Shown: piece by piece, positions 15,482 through 31,787 of the stretch
Layout of the letters: each line of letters opens with the position of its first letter
Position numbering within the stretch: position 1 is the stretch's first letter
Origin: the human T2T-CHM13v2.0 reference genome, Homo sapiens
Length of the DNA stretch: 64,000 bases
NCBI GenBank assembly: GCA_009914755.4
Contig: CP068257.2
Coordinates: 34,976,001-35,040,000 of the forward strand
Direction: 5' to 3'
Notes under the pieces: model-generated
Databases searched by the model: none
Seen by the model: the letters and a program-made list of their open reading frames with translations, nothing else
Told to the model about the DNA's origin: nothing
Position numbers and translations under genes: made by a program

Positions 15482-15695
15482 GCCTGGGCCAAGTGGGTCT
15501 AGGGGGACCTCCCCCACCCCAGTTCACTCCTCCCACACTGTGGGGCCTACAGAGCTCCAGGTGATTCTGGCAGAAACTCGACCATGGCCAACTGGTGCTC
15601 CAGGAAACAGAGGGACCTTTGACCTAATTATTCCCAATTGCTTGTCTCCATCAATCACATTCTCTTGATAATTGCCCAGCTCCCCACTCTGTTCT
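15482..15695 (+). repeat. Copy B of the approximately 210 bp duplicated segment (partner at 12235-12455)
   Basis: See copy A. This copy is followed immediately by a MIR. Confidence 0.7.
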
Positions 15696-15699
15696 TCAG

Positions 15700-15850
15700 T
15701 TTTTTTGTCAATAAAAAGGAGAATATTATACCTATTTCATAGGATTGTTGAAGAATTAAGTAACTTAATACAAGTAAAGTTCACAGAGTTTGCCTGGCAC
15801 ATGGGAAACATTCAATCAATGTTAGCTATTACTATAACACGTGTGGTAGT
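15700..15850 (+). mobile_element. MIR SINE 3' part
   Basis: ..tacctatttcataggattgttgaagaattaagtaacttaatacaagtaaagttcacagagtttgcctggcacatgggaaacattcaatcaatgttagctattactat matches the MIR consensus 3' half. Confidence 0.8.
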
Positions 15851-18596
15851 TTTTCAAATGGGTTAAAAATCCTTTTGCACTTCTTTCTTTTCAGGTGGGG
15901 GGGATGGAGGGGAGAGTAAATCTATGTTCCTGTCCCTTGAATCTGTGTGGACTCTAACTGCCTTGACCACTGGGATATAGGAATGTGACTTTGAGGCTGG
16001 GTCATAAAAGGGCATACCTCTCCTTCCTTGTTTATGGGAACACTTGCTCTTGGAGTGCTACCCTGAGACCTCCATACTGGGCAAGTAAGATGGAGCATTC
16101 TGCTCCACAGTCCTAGCTGAGCCCAGCCTTCTAGCTATCCCCATCAAGGTGCCAGACATCACAGTCCCTCCAGCCTAACCAACTGGTACCAGCAATGACC
16201 TCCATCCATCAACACCATGTGCAACAGAAGAATTGCCCAACTGAGCCCTTCCCAAATTCACAGCACAAAATTGGGGGCTATAATAAAATGATTGTTGTTT
16301 TAAGGTATGAATTGTTGGAGTTGTTTGTTACACAGCAACAGATAACTGAGACACTACTCCTACAGTTGCTTATTATTACTACTATTATGATTATTCTTAT
16401 TAGTATTAAAAGACTGTGCCACTTGAATCTTGCCCTAACTATTTCTGGCTAATAAACTGCCCTTTAAGAAGCTACAGAAATATTCCTTATGAACTGTTGC
16501 TCCAGGACTTGTCCAGGAAAATGACTCATCTTATGTGATCTGGCCCCAAAGAACATATCAAGCTCAGTGTACAATAAACACTAGCAAGCCAATATTTGTC
16601 TTTTAAAACTCTGAAAAGTTCAAAGCCAAACCAAATGTCAAACTAACAAGCATGCCTCCGATTTTTAAATAAAAAATATAAAACCTAAATTCCTGATTTC
16701 CCCTGAATATAGCAGACGTGCCTGGGAGAGCCTGATTCCTGTAACACACCAGCCAAGGAGGAAAGACGCTAATGGTCTTGTGTTCTTTCTACCTGTCAAA
16801 GTGAAGGAAAACAACACATTGCTTTTAAACAATATTTATGTAACACTCCCCAGAAGCTGTACCTGCTGAAGTAAACTATAACCTTTCTCTCTTTAAACAC
16901 CTTTTACTTGTTATTCAAATAGGAAGTTATTCTTTCAGAATTAGCTACATCTGTCAACCTAGCATTCCTGACTGCCACATAGAACGTTCTTACCATATCC
17001 CATCTCCTCAATAACTTTCTCTCAAGCTTAATTTCCCCCTAGGTTTCATTTATTTTTGTGAACTCCCTGGGGCTTCCTGACAAAAGAAACCTTTAGGACT
17101 GTAGGTAACGGTAGGTAACATGGTCTGCACGTTTAGGGCTATATTTTCTTTTATTAGATTTTTCAACTCAGAGTAAGACAGTGGGACAAATCCACGCTGA
17201 AGGCAATTAGGTTTTTATTAATGGTTCCACAGACCCGACGTTTGTTATAAGCCTTAATGCACCAACTTTCTTGTCTCCTTCATGGGTTTAAAAGGTGTCC
17301 AGTGTGTTCTCAGATGTGTTTTTGTTGGATGGGCATGGGCTATAGCTCTTTGGCAGGAAAGCGTGGGTTGAGTAGACGAAAATGTACTGGATTCTATCTG
17401 CAAAATTCCAAGCACTCACTTCCATTGTTTCCTTATGTGCCATGCATTTATCAGGATGAAACCATCCCCTTTCCTTCACTGATCATTGTTTATAACCGCT
17501 TATCCATGGATGGGTGTTCCAGCTTTCGGCCTTGCCTGAAAAACATGCAGATGATTGCAATCTGCATTCTACCTGTAACTAATCCCATCCACAGCCTCTC
17601 CCATCTGCCACGGACTCTCCTCCCTGCGACTTTTAGTGATACAGAGTGAGGTTAGTCCTGGCTACTCTCCAGCAGAATTTCACACATAAGGCAAGGGCCA
17701 AGCAGAGATGTCCCTTACCCACCCAAGAGAACATGACAGAGAGGGCCACAGTGGGACTCTGGTGGAGGGTAGTTTAAGGAAGAGGAGGGGGCTTCGTTTT
17801 CAAGAGAATGAATTCGACCGATCTGGCCCGAGAATGCATTCCTGGCTGCACCTGTGAGGTGTTCGATGAACAAACTGGCTTTGGGTTTTCCTGGATGTCG
17901 TCTGATCTGAGTGGAATCCAGAGAGGTGCAATCAGGCTCTTGGAAGACTGAAAGCAAATGGTGGATTGGATGGGTTCATCTTCACTCTGCTTTTTCATCT
18001 TTTTCAAATTTGCAAACTGCTCTTTGCATGCCACACAGACACAACCATCACTAGGTCCTCTGCTGAACACCTATGGCGGTCCAGGTCCCACCCAGCAGGC
18101 TTCCTGTCAGATTTTCCAGATTTAGCTTCAAAATAGGTCGTATTTATTATGCCCTGCCTAGTTCCAGAAAGGGTTGGAGGCAGCTAACTTAAAAACATAA
18201 TTATGAAAAGCTGATTCGGCTTCTTATTTGGTTAAAGATGTTTTGCTGTAAATGTGAAAAAATATTTTAAATCCTCTTTTTTATTTTAGAGTGATCTTTG
18301 AAGATGATTACCTTATTTTACAAACAGACGTTTCTAATAATTGAATACCATTAAATATCTGTCCAAAAATTTCCTTTTGACCTCAAAATTACAACTAATA
18401 TATAGTGTTTTTGTTTCTTCCTAACGACAAGGAAATCTGATGTCATTGTGTAAATGATGCAGAAGAAATGTTTTGCATGGGCAAAAGTGCACTATCTCAA
18501 GGATTTGGATAAACTTTTATGTCATTGTCCTTGTCTGTGGCACAGTGTGGGGCGGGGGAGGGGGTCCTCTGCTCTGATCCACCCCAACACCCGAAT

Positions 18597-18656
18597 GGTC
18601 TTAGTATTTTATATTATATTATATTATATTATATTATATTATATTATATTATATTA
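18597..18656. repeat. (ATATT)n pentanucleotide microsatellite, about 12 units
   Basis: tattatattatattatattat... read directly. It yields the YYIILYYIILYY ORF artefact. Confidence 0.9.
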
Positions 18657-19187
18657 TTTCATTCAACATTGAGGCACACTGCCTTTTAATTTTTTCCTTC
18701 TGTGGACCACTTGAACTCTCGATTTCCCATGGTTTATTAAAATACCCAAATGTCATTCTTTTACTTCGATTTTATAAATAAACCTTTGGCTGTATCTGTC
18801 AGGGAGGGCTGAATTTACTAATTCTCAGGCCAAACCAGGCTGTGCTGGGACTCAGTGGCAGTTCGTGGCCATGCAGGCAATTCTGCTGGCCTGGTTGTTG
18901 CTGCCGTTTCCTGACGTGCCCTCTGTTCCCTGCCCAAACAACCCTCAGCGTTGGACAGATGAGAGAAAGGAGAAGAGAAATGCTCTCCCGTCTGGTGTGG
19001 AGATAATGCCTGACCACTCATCCTCCTTCCTGCTTTTATTCCGGGTGTAGATGGTGAGCCTGCCCATGGCCCAGTCTTTCACATGGAGCAGCAGGGCGTT
19101 CTCTCCAGTGGGAAGTAGCTCATGTCAGTTTCAATCATTTCCATTCCGGGCATTTTGCAGACCTTGGCTTCTTCTTGAGAAAGGTGA

Positions 19188-19299
19188 GCAGAGATATCCA
19201 GTGCCTCGAGGAGCCCAAAATGCATGATCCTGGTGCCTGTCACAGAGATATCCAGTGCCTCCAGGAGCCCAAAATGCATGATCCTGGTGCCTGTCCCAG
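19188..19299. repeat. Two-copy tandem duplication of a roughly 55 bp unit
   Basis: cagagatatccagtgcctcgaggagcccaaaatgcatgatcctggtgcctgtca | cagagatatccagtgcctccaggagcccaaaatgcatgatcctggtgcctgtcc. Two or three mismatches. Confidence 0.9.
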
Positions 19300-20004
19300 G
19301 TCTTCCCTCCTGGGTAGAATCTTCTGACCCGAATGTGGGGAAGCACAATGACCCCTAATCGCAAAGGAATGTTGGAGGATCATGCTGTGCACTCACTGCG
19401 GAGATGCATGTTTGGATTACGTGTTCTCATTTAGCAGCCGCCCGTTTGACAGGACATACTGCACGCCAGCCCTCTTGTTGACTTAGTTCCTGTACTGGCA
19501 AAGCCAAATAAACTGAGTTTGAGGAAGAGTGTGATTCGGGGGGAGAGGGCTGATTGGTGAGGACAGATTGGCGGTGAAGGGGAATTGAGTAGAGCCGTGG
19601 CTGCAGCTGTGAAAGAGGTGGGTGCACCCAAGTTCAACCGCATGTGGGCTGCCCACAAGACTACAGGAGCCTGGGTTCTGGAGGCGCTCTATGTCCCCAG
19701 GTCGAGGGGCTTAATTTACTGTTGTGTTTTGTTTGTGTAACAAAATATGTAATAGTACCTCATAAAACAAAACAGAAAAAGGAATGAAATCATAGGGTGG
19801 TGACTTCTTTCTAAAAAGGACTCCCCATGTTTGGAGCTCTGGGGGCAGGGCATTGTGCTAAGCGACTTTAACACATGGATATCTCTGTGCGGGTGACTTA
19901 GTCTGTTTGTGCTGCTATAACAAAATGCCACAGATGATGCAATTTATAAACAATGGAAATTTGTTGCTCAAGTTCTGTAGGCTAAGAAACTCAAGATCAA
20001 GATG

Positions 20005-20311
<307 letters not shown>

Positions 20312-20426
20312 TCAAGGTGGAAGCAGATTCTGTGTCTTGTGATGGCCCATTCCTTGTAGATGGTGACTTCTGTATGTCCTCGCATGGCAGAAGAGGTGAA
20401 CAATCTTCCTCAGATCCCCCTTTATA

Positions 20427-20815
20427 AGCTTGCTGCTGTGGTTTGAATGTCTCCCCAAGTTCATGTGTTGGAAACAATCCTTAATGCAACAGTAATGAGA
20501 AATGAAAACTTTAAGAGGTGATTAGGTTATAAGGACTCTACCCTCATGCTCATGAATGATTTCACATTATTATCCAGGGAATGGGTTCATTATCAAGAGA
20601 CTGGATTTGTTATAAAAGCAAGTTCATCCCTCTCTTGTTCCCTCTCTTACTTCATCTATGGGATGATGCAGTGAGAAAGCCCTCACCAGAGGTAGTGCCT
20701 TGGTCTTGGACTTCTCAGCCTCCAGAACCATGAGCCAATAAATTTCTGTTCTGTGTAAATTATCCAGTCTCAACTATTCTGTTACAGCAGCATAGAAAAG
20801 ACTAAGATGTCCCTA
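20427..20815 (+). mobile_element. ERVL-MaLR-type solo LTR (the family that starts tgctatgg/tggtttgaatgtctcccc)
   Basis: ..tgctgctgtggtttgaatgtctccccaagttcatgtgttggaaac...taagaggtgattaggttataagg...ccctcaccagaggtagtgccttggtcttggacttctcagcctccagaaccatgagccaataaatttctgttctgtgtaaattatccagtctcaactattctgttacagcagcatagaaaagactaagat. Confidence 0.7.
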
Positions 20816-20829
20816 ATCCCCTTCTTAAG

Positions 20830-22135
20830 GACTCTGCTTTTATGACCTAATTACCTCCTAAAGGCTCCACCTGTTAGTACTATTGCATTGAGGACTAGGT
20901 TTCAACTTATAAATTTTAGGGTGACACAAACATACAGACCATAGCATTCTGCCCCAGCCCCCCTAAATTCATGTCATTTTCACATGCAAAATACATTAGT
21001 TCCATCTCAATAGCCCCAAAAGTCTTCACTTATTCTAGCATCAACCAAAAATTTAAAGTCCAAAGTCTCATCTAAATTTCATCTAAATCAGATATGGTGA
21101 GACTCAAAGTAGGATTCATCCTGAAGCAAATTGCTGTCCAGCTATAAGCCTGTGAAATCAAGCAAGTTATGTGCACCCAGATACAATATTGGGGCAGGCA
21201 GAAGACAGACATTCCCATTCCCAAAGGGAAAAATGGGAAGGGAGAAAGGGGCAATAGGACTCAAGTAAGTCCAAACAATGCTAAATCTTCATGCTTGAGA
21301 CTAACCTCCGCTGACTGCATGTCCTACCTTCTGGACACACTGGGGTGGGATTTGAGGTCACAAGGCTTTGGGGTGGCTTTGCCCCCAAAGCTTCACTGGA
21401 CCGAGCCCACACTGTAGTTCTCCCAGGTTGGAGTCTCATGCCTGTGGCTCTCCCAGACTGGAATTGCATGTTGATGGTTTCACTAGTCTGGAGTCTAGAA
21501 GGCTGCCCCATTCTCACGACTCCCACTAGGCATTGCCCTAGTGAAGGCTCTCTGCAGTGGGCTTGCCCTGTAGGTGCCCCTCTGAGTTCATTGCATGCCA
21601 GAGACTGCAGGCGGTTCCATCTTTTGAAATCTAGGTGGCGCCAGCCACACCCCCACAGCTCATGCACTCCGCAGCCTGGTGGATGTGAAGGTTTACTGCC
21701 TGTGCTCTCTGAAATCAGAAGATTCCAAACCCCCTGTGCCAGGCAGTATTATTGTGCTAAGGTGGACTGGAAGATCTACTGGCTCTTATCTTTGGTTGGA
21801 TTATTTGCTAGGGGGCCTCTTGCTTCTCCAGACTACTAACCTCCTGGCTCAAGCACCCACAGGCTTCACCAATGCCCAACCCCATCTAAGTCCTGGAGTG
21901 AGCAGGCTTAGGTGCTTGCTGTCGCTGTGGCCAAAGCATACCTTGGCTACAGTGCTGGATAGCACAGATACAGATAAACAAATACCAGGCCAATTTGTTC
22001 TCTTGCTTTTTATTAGGAGAAGAAAGGAAGTCCTTTCTCCATCTGGACATAAAGAACTTATGGAGAAAGACTGGGCTGACCATGAGTGGTAGAACAAAAA
22101 TAAGGCAGAAGAACAGGAAAAAAAAAAAACAAGAA
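20830..22135 (+). mobile_element. Unclassified interspersed repeat, possibly MaLR internal sequence, ending in an A-rich tail
   Basis: The 21690-21900 part (..ggcagtattattgtgctaaggtggactggaagatctactggctcttatctttgg...ctggctcaagcacccacaggcttcaccaatgcccaaccccatctaagtcctggagtgagc..) has a paralogous copy at 30060-30250 in the same orientation. An A13 tract follows at 22118-22131. Classification not established. Confidence 0.3.
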
Positions 22136-23734
22136 GGAGAAGCACAGAAAAATAAATAAGATGCAGAGTGATCTGTTTATTGGGTTGGTTTCTGTGTAAG
22201 CACACAGCTGAGTGGTTAATACCCAGAACCCTGTGAATTTCCCTCGACTGTGGTGGGGAGGAGAGCACTGTGGTCATCTCTTTCTCATCTGAGGGAACTG
22301 AGGCCCAGAACACAAGCCCAGCTCACAGCTAAAAAGTCATGATCACAGGATGCAAACCCTGTCTTTGTGGGACTGCACAGCCAGTGCCTTGAGTACTCTG
22401 CAATTTTACCCCAAAGTTTCAGTAGTGTGCCTTGGGGATCAATTGTGTTTGAGCCAAGGTGGAAATTTTTCTGCTGGAAAAAGTTATGAGTAAGCTACCA
22501 CGGATCCAAAAGTAATTTGCTTTGCATGGTTTTCACCCCAATATTAATTGGAAAAATAAAGCAGGGAACTCTCCTTGTTGCAACAAGAGGCCAGGAAGCC
22601 AACACATCATTCATAAGCAACATTAGGTGTTTCCTTGGGGGAAAAACACTTTTTTTTCAGAATGGAAATATCTTTATTGCTGTCTTGCTTAAAGAAGTAC
22701 CTGTTCACCTCCTGTCCAAGAAGGCCGAATAGGAACAGCTCCAGTCTACAGCTCCCAGCATGAGCGACACAGAAGACAGGTGATTTCTGCATTTCCAACT
22801 GAGGTACCGGGTTCATCTCACTGGGGATTGTCGGACAGTGGGTGCAGGACAGTGGGTGCAGTGTACCAAGTGTGAGCCAAAGCAGGGTGAGGTATCGCCT
22901 CACCCAGGAAGTGCAAGGGGTCAGGGAATTCATTTTCCTAGCCAAGGGAAGGGGGAACAAATGGCACCTGGAAAATCGGGTCACTCCTACCCTAATACTG
23001 TGCTTTTCCGACAGTCTTAGCAAACGGCACACCAGGAGATTATATCCCACGCCTGGCTCAGAGGGTCCTACACCCACGGACCCTTGCTCATTGCTAGCAC
23101 AGCAGTCTGAGATCAAACTGCAACACGGCAGCGAGGCTGGAGTGGGGGGGGCGCCCGCCATTGCTGAAGCTTGAGTAGGTAAACAAAGCGGCCCGGAAGC
23201 TCGAACTGGGTAGCCCACCACAGCTCCAGGAGGCCTGCCTGCCTCTGTAGACTCCACCTCTGGGGGCAGGGCATAGCCGAACAAAAGGCAGTAGAAACCT
23301 CTGAAGACTTAAATGTCCCTGTCTGACAGCTTGGAAGAGAGTAGTGGTTCTCCCAGCATGCAGCTTGAGATCTGAGAATGGACAGACTGCCTCCTCAAGT
23401 GGGTCCCTGACCCCCGAGTAGCCTAACTGGGAGGCACCCCCCAGTAGGGGCAGACTGACAACTCACATGGCCAAGTACCCCTCTGAGACGAAACTTCCAG
23501 AGGAACGATTAGGCAGCAACATTTGCTGTTCACCAATATTCGCTGTTCTGTAGCCTCTGCTGCTGATACTCAGGCAAACAGGGTCTGGAGTGGACCTCCA
23601 GCAAATTCCAACAGACCTGCAGCTGAGGGTCCTGACTGTTAGAAGGAAAACTAACAAACAAAAAGGACATCCACACCAAACCCCATCTGTAGTCACCATC
23701 ATCAAAGAAGACCAAAGGTAGATAAAACCACAAA

Positions 23735-24744
23735 GATGGGAAAAAAACAGAGCAGAAAAACTGAAAATTCTGAAAACCGGAGCTTCTCTCCTCCTCCAAA
23801 GGAACGCAGCTCCTCACCAGCAACGGAACAAAGCTGGAGGGAGAATGACTTTGACAAGTTGAGAGAAGAAGGCTACAGATGATCAAAATTCTCCGAGCTA
23901 AAGGAGGAAGTTTGAACCCAATGCAAATAAGTTAAAAACCTTGAAAAAAGATTAGACAAATGGCTAACTAGAATAACCAATGCAGAGAAGCCCTTAAAGG
24001 ACCCGATGGAGCTGAAAACCATGGCATGAGAACTACGTGACGAATGCACAAGCTTCAGTAGCCGATTCGATCAACTGGAAGACAGGGCATCAGTGACGGA
24101 AGATCAAATGAATGAAATGAAGCAAGAAGAGAAGTTAAGAGAAAAAAGAGTAAAATGAACAAAGCCTCCAAGAAATATGGGACTATGTGAAAAGACCAAA
24201 TCTACGTCTGATCAGTGTACCTGAAAGTGATGGGGAGAATGGAACCAAGTTGGAAAACACTCTGCAGGATATTATCCAGGAGAACTTCCCCAACCTAGCA
24301 AGGCAGGCCAACATTCAAATTCAGGAAATACAGACGTCACAAAGATATTCCTCGAGAAGAGCAACTCCAAGACACATAATTGTCAGATTCACCAAAGTTG
24401 AAATGAAGGAAAAAATGTTAAGGGCAGCCAGAGAGAAAGGTCGGGTTACCCACAAAGGGAAGCCCATCAGACTAACAGCTGATCTCTCGGTAGAAACTCT
24501 ACAAGCCAGAAGAGAGTGGGGGCAAATATTCAACATTCTTAAAGAAAAGAATTTTCAACCCAGAATTTCATATCCAGCCAAACTAAGCTTTATAAGTGAA
24601 GGAGAAATAAAATACTTTACAGACAAGCAAATGCTGAGAGATTTTGTCACCACCAGGCCTGCCCTACAAGAGCTCCTGAAGGAAGCACTAAACATGGAAA
24701 GGAACAACCAGTACCAGCCACTGCAAAAACATGCCAAATTGTAA
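23735..24744 (+). pseudogene. L1 ORF1 (ORF1p, RNA-binding chaperone) remnant with a premature stop
   Basis: MGKKQSRKTENSENRSFSPPPKERSSSPATEQSWRENDFDKLREEGYR* stops at about 23880. The C-terminal 185 aa ORF (24187-24744) matches L1 ORF1p (..ANIQIQEIQ..PRHIIVRFTKVEMKEKMLRAAREKGRVT..KNFQPRISYPAKLSFISEGEIKYFTDKQMLRDFVTTRPALQELLKEALNMERNN). Confidence 0.9.
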
Positions 24745-24807
24745 AGACCATCAAGGCTAGGAAGAAACTGCATCAACTAACAAGCAAAATAACCAGCTAA
24801 CATCATA

Positions 24808-28631
<3,824 letters not shown>

Positions 28632-29264
28632 ACAATGAGAACACTTGGACACAGGAAGGGGGACATCACGCACTGGGGCCTGTTGTGGGGTGGGGGGAGG
28701 GGGGAGGGATAGCATTAGGAGATATACCTAATGTAAATGACGAATTAATGGGTGCAGCACACCAACATGGCACATGTATACATATGCAACAAACCTGCAC
28801 GTTGTGCACATGTACCCTAGAACTAAAGTATAATAATAAAAAAAGAAGTACTGGTTCATTATAAAATATCAAAAAGCATAAATGTATAAAGGCTCATCTC
28901 CCTTTTCTTCAGTTCCTCTCCCTGCTCTGCAAGAATGGACTTCCAAGGCTGTAGATGGACTATAGATGGTTTTATATAATAAGAAAGAAGAATCCACAAT
29001 ATGGGCACCATTGTGTATGAAGATGTCTTTCCAAGGTAATACACTCCGTGCAGAGCTTGCTTTTTTGGAACTGTGAGAGCTTCATTGATGAATGGACTCT
29101 TAACAATTCCCCACTGACAGGGATACGACGTCATGATATTACAAACAACCCTGCCATGAGCATTTCCTGAATCCTTGTGCATCTTTACCCATCTTGAAGT
29201 ATTTCCTCAGGACAGATTTATAGGGCAGGGATGTATTTTTTTTTACATTTTTTCATTTTTTAAA

Positions 29265-29560
<296 letters not shown>

Positions 29561-31010
29561 TACAGGGCAGTTTTTAAAAGCCCTAGTGTCTCTAAGCGTG
29601 TTATGCTGGGCCACATCCCCCAAAGGTAAACACCCACATCACAGTCACAACACAACCCACATTCCTGGCTTTGTTGTGCTTGCCATTGCAGATCCCCAAG
29701 CCTCCTTGGAGCATCCCCACTAAATTCTATTCATGGGGGGCAGGACGCAGGCCTTTAAGCCACCCTGCAGCATCCTCCACTTACTTTTTTTACCTTCCCT
29801 GTACTGATTGTATGAGATGCCAAGGCCCTGTTCCCTCTCTCGGCTGACAATGGTCCTCACCCACATTCAGCAAACCTGGGCTGGGGTTGGGGTAGTCAGG
29901 ACCTTGACAATTTCCATGCCAGGGACCCAGATCCCATCTCTGGAGCCACAAGCCTCTGAGCTGTCAGATGAATGGCAAAGTCGTTCCTTGACTCCATCAT
30001 ACACAATCCAAACTCAATATTCCCTGGACTCCTTCCGTCTCTGTCCTACAAGATTCCAGAATCCCCATACCAGGACAGTATTATTATACTAAGTTGGAAT
30101 GGAAGATCTACTGGCTCTTATCTTTGGATGGGTTTTTTCCTAGGTGGCCTCTTAGGCGTCCAGACTACTAAACATCTGGCTCAAGCACCCACAGGTTTCA
30201 CAAATGCCCAAACCCACCCAAGTCCTAGAGTGAGCGGCTTAGGTTCTTGTTCTGCTCACACCACAGATTGTTGGATCTCCATGTGTAGGGGGTGAAGGGG
30301 GCAACTCGGAGATTTTGAAGGGAGAAGTGTCACGAGCATCTTCGTGGGCAGGAGGAAGATGAGGATGTGAAAATTAGAAGAGACAACCTGGGGATGGGGG
30401 AGACACATTCAAGAATGCTAGAATATCAGAGCTGACTAATACACTGAGCTTGCAGTGTATTAGTCAGTGTTGCTGCAGCAACAAACAGCCCCAGATTTTC
30501 AGTGGCCACAACAGCAAACACACCTTTCTCACTATATTACTGGGGCCCCGGCTGTTGCTCTGCTCCATGCATCTTCTCATTCTGGGACCCAAACTCAAGA
30601 AGCAGTCATGTGGGTCTCAAGGCAGAGAAAAAGAGCAAGAGGGCTGGCAGGAGATCCCACTGTACTTCTTAGATAGAGCTTGTGCAAGCACCTGGCTTAA
30701 CTCTTATTTGCTCACATTTCAGTGGCTAAAGCATGTCCCCTGGCTAAGCTCAAAGTCAAGGGACAGAGATGTATAATCCTTTAACAGGGAAGAGGGTGTG
30801 AAGAATTGTTAATACCAACTCTAACTACCACAGATGGCACAACCCTAACTCTGTTATATGCCGGGAGAAAGTGAGGCACAGAAAGGGGAAGTGGCTTGCC
30901 CAAGGTCCACAAACCAGGTAGCAGCAGAACCAGCTCTAGCACCAAATTTCCTGGCAACCAATCCAATGTTCTTAATCCTACTCCCAAAATTTCTTCCAAG
31001 AGATATTAAC

Positions 31011-31412
31011 TGATATGGCTTGACTCTGTCCCCACCCAAATCTCATGTTGAATTGTAATCCCCAGTGTTGGAGATGGGGCCTGGTGGGAGGTGATTGGAT
31101 CATGGGGGTGGATCCTTCATAAATGGTTTCGCACCATCCTCCCCCAGTGCTGTCTTGTGATAGAGTTCCAATGAGATCTGGTTGTTTGAAAGTGTGTGGC
31201 ATGTTCCCATTGGTTCTCTTGCTCCTGCTCCCACCATGTAAGACATACCCGCTTCCCTTTTGTCTTCCATCATGACTGTAAGCTTCCTGAGGCTTCCACA
31301 GCCATACTTCCTGTACAGCCTGCAGAACAGTGAGCCAATTAAACCTCTTTTCTTTATAAATTACTCAGTCTCAGCCATTTCTTTATAGCAATGGGACAAT
31401 GGACTAATACAT
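31011..31412 (+). mobile_element. ERVL-MaLR solo LTR (MST/THE1-like)
   Basis: tgatatggcttgactctgtccccacccaaatctcatgttgaattgtaatccccagtgttggagatggggcctggtgggaggtgattggatcatggg ... cagcctgcagaacagtgagccaattaaacctcttttctttataaattactcagtctcagccatttctttatagcaatgggacaatggactaatacat. Confidence 0.85.
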
Positions 31413-31481
31413 TAACCAACTGCGGAATGGGCAGGGAGGTCTTTGTTATAAGACAGCTCAGAGCCTTTAATATGCCATTGA

Positions 31482-31787
<306 letters not shown>

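Noticed and set aside
22838-23705. ORFs on both strands inside the L1 5'UTR (22607-23284-, 22842-23174+, 23463-23886-)
   Set aside because: They lie in the L1 5'UTR, which is known to be non-coding apart from the primate ORF0 on the antisense strand. The window's ORFs do not match ORF0's position closely enough for me to call it.
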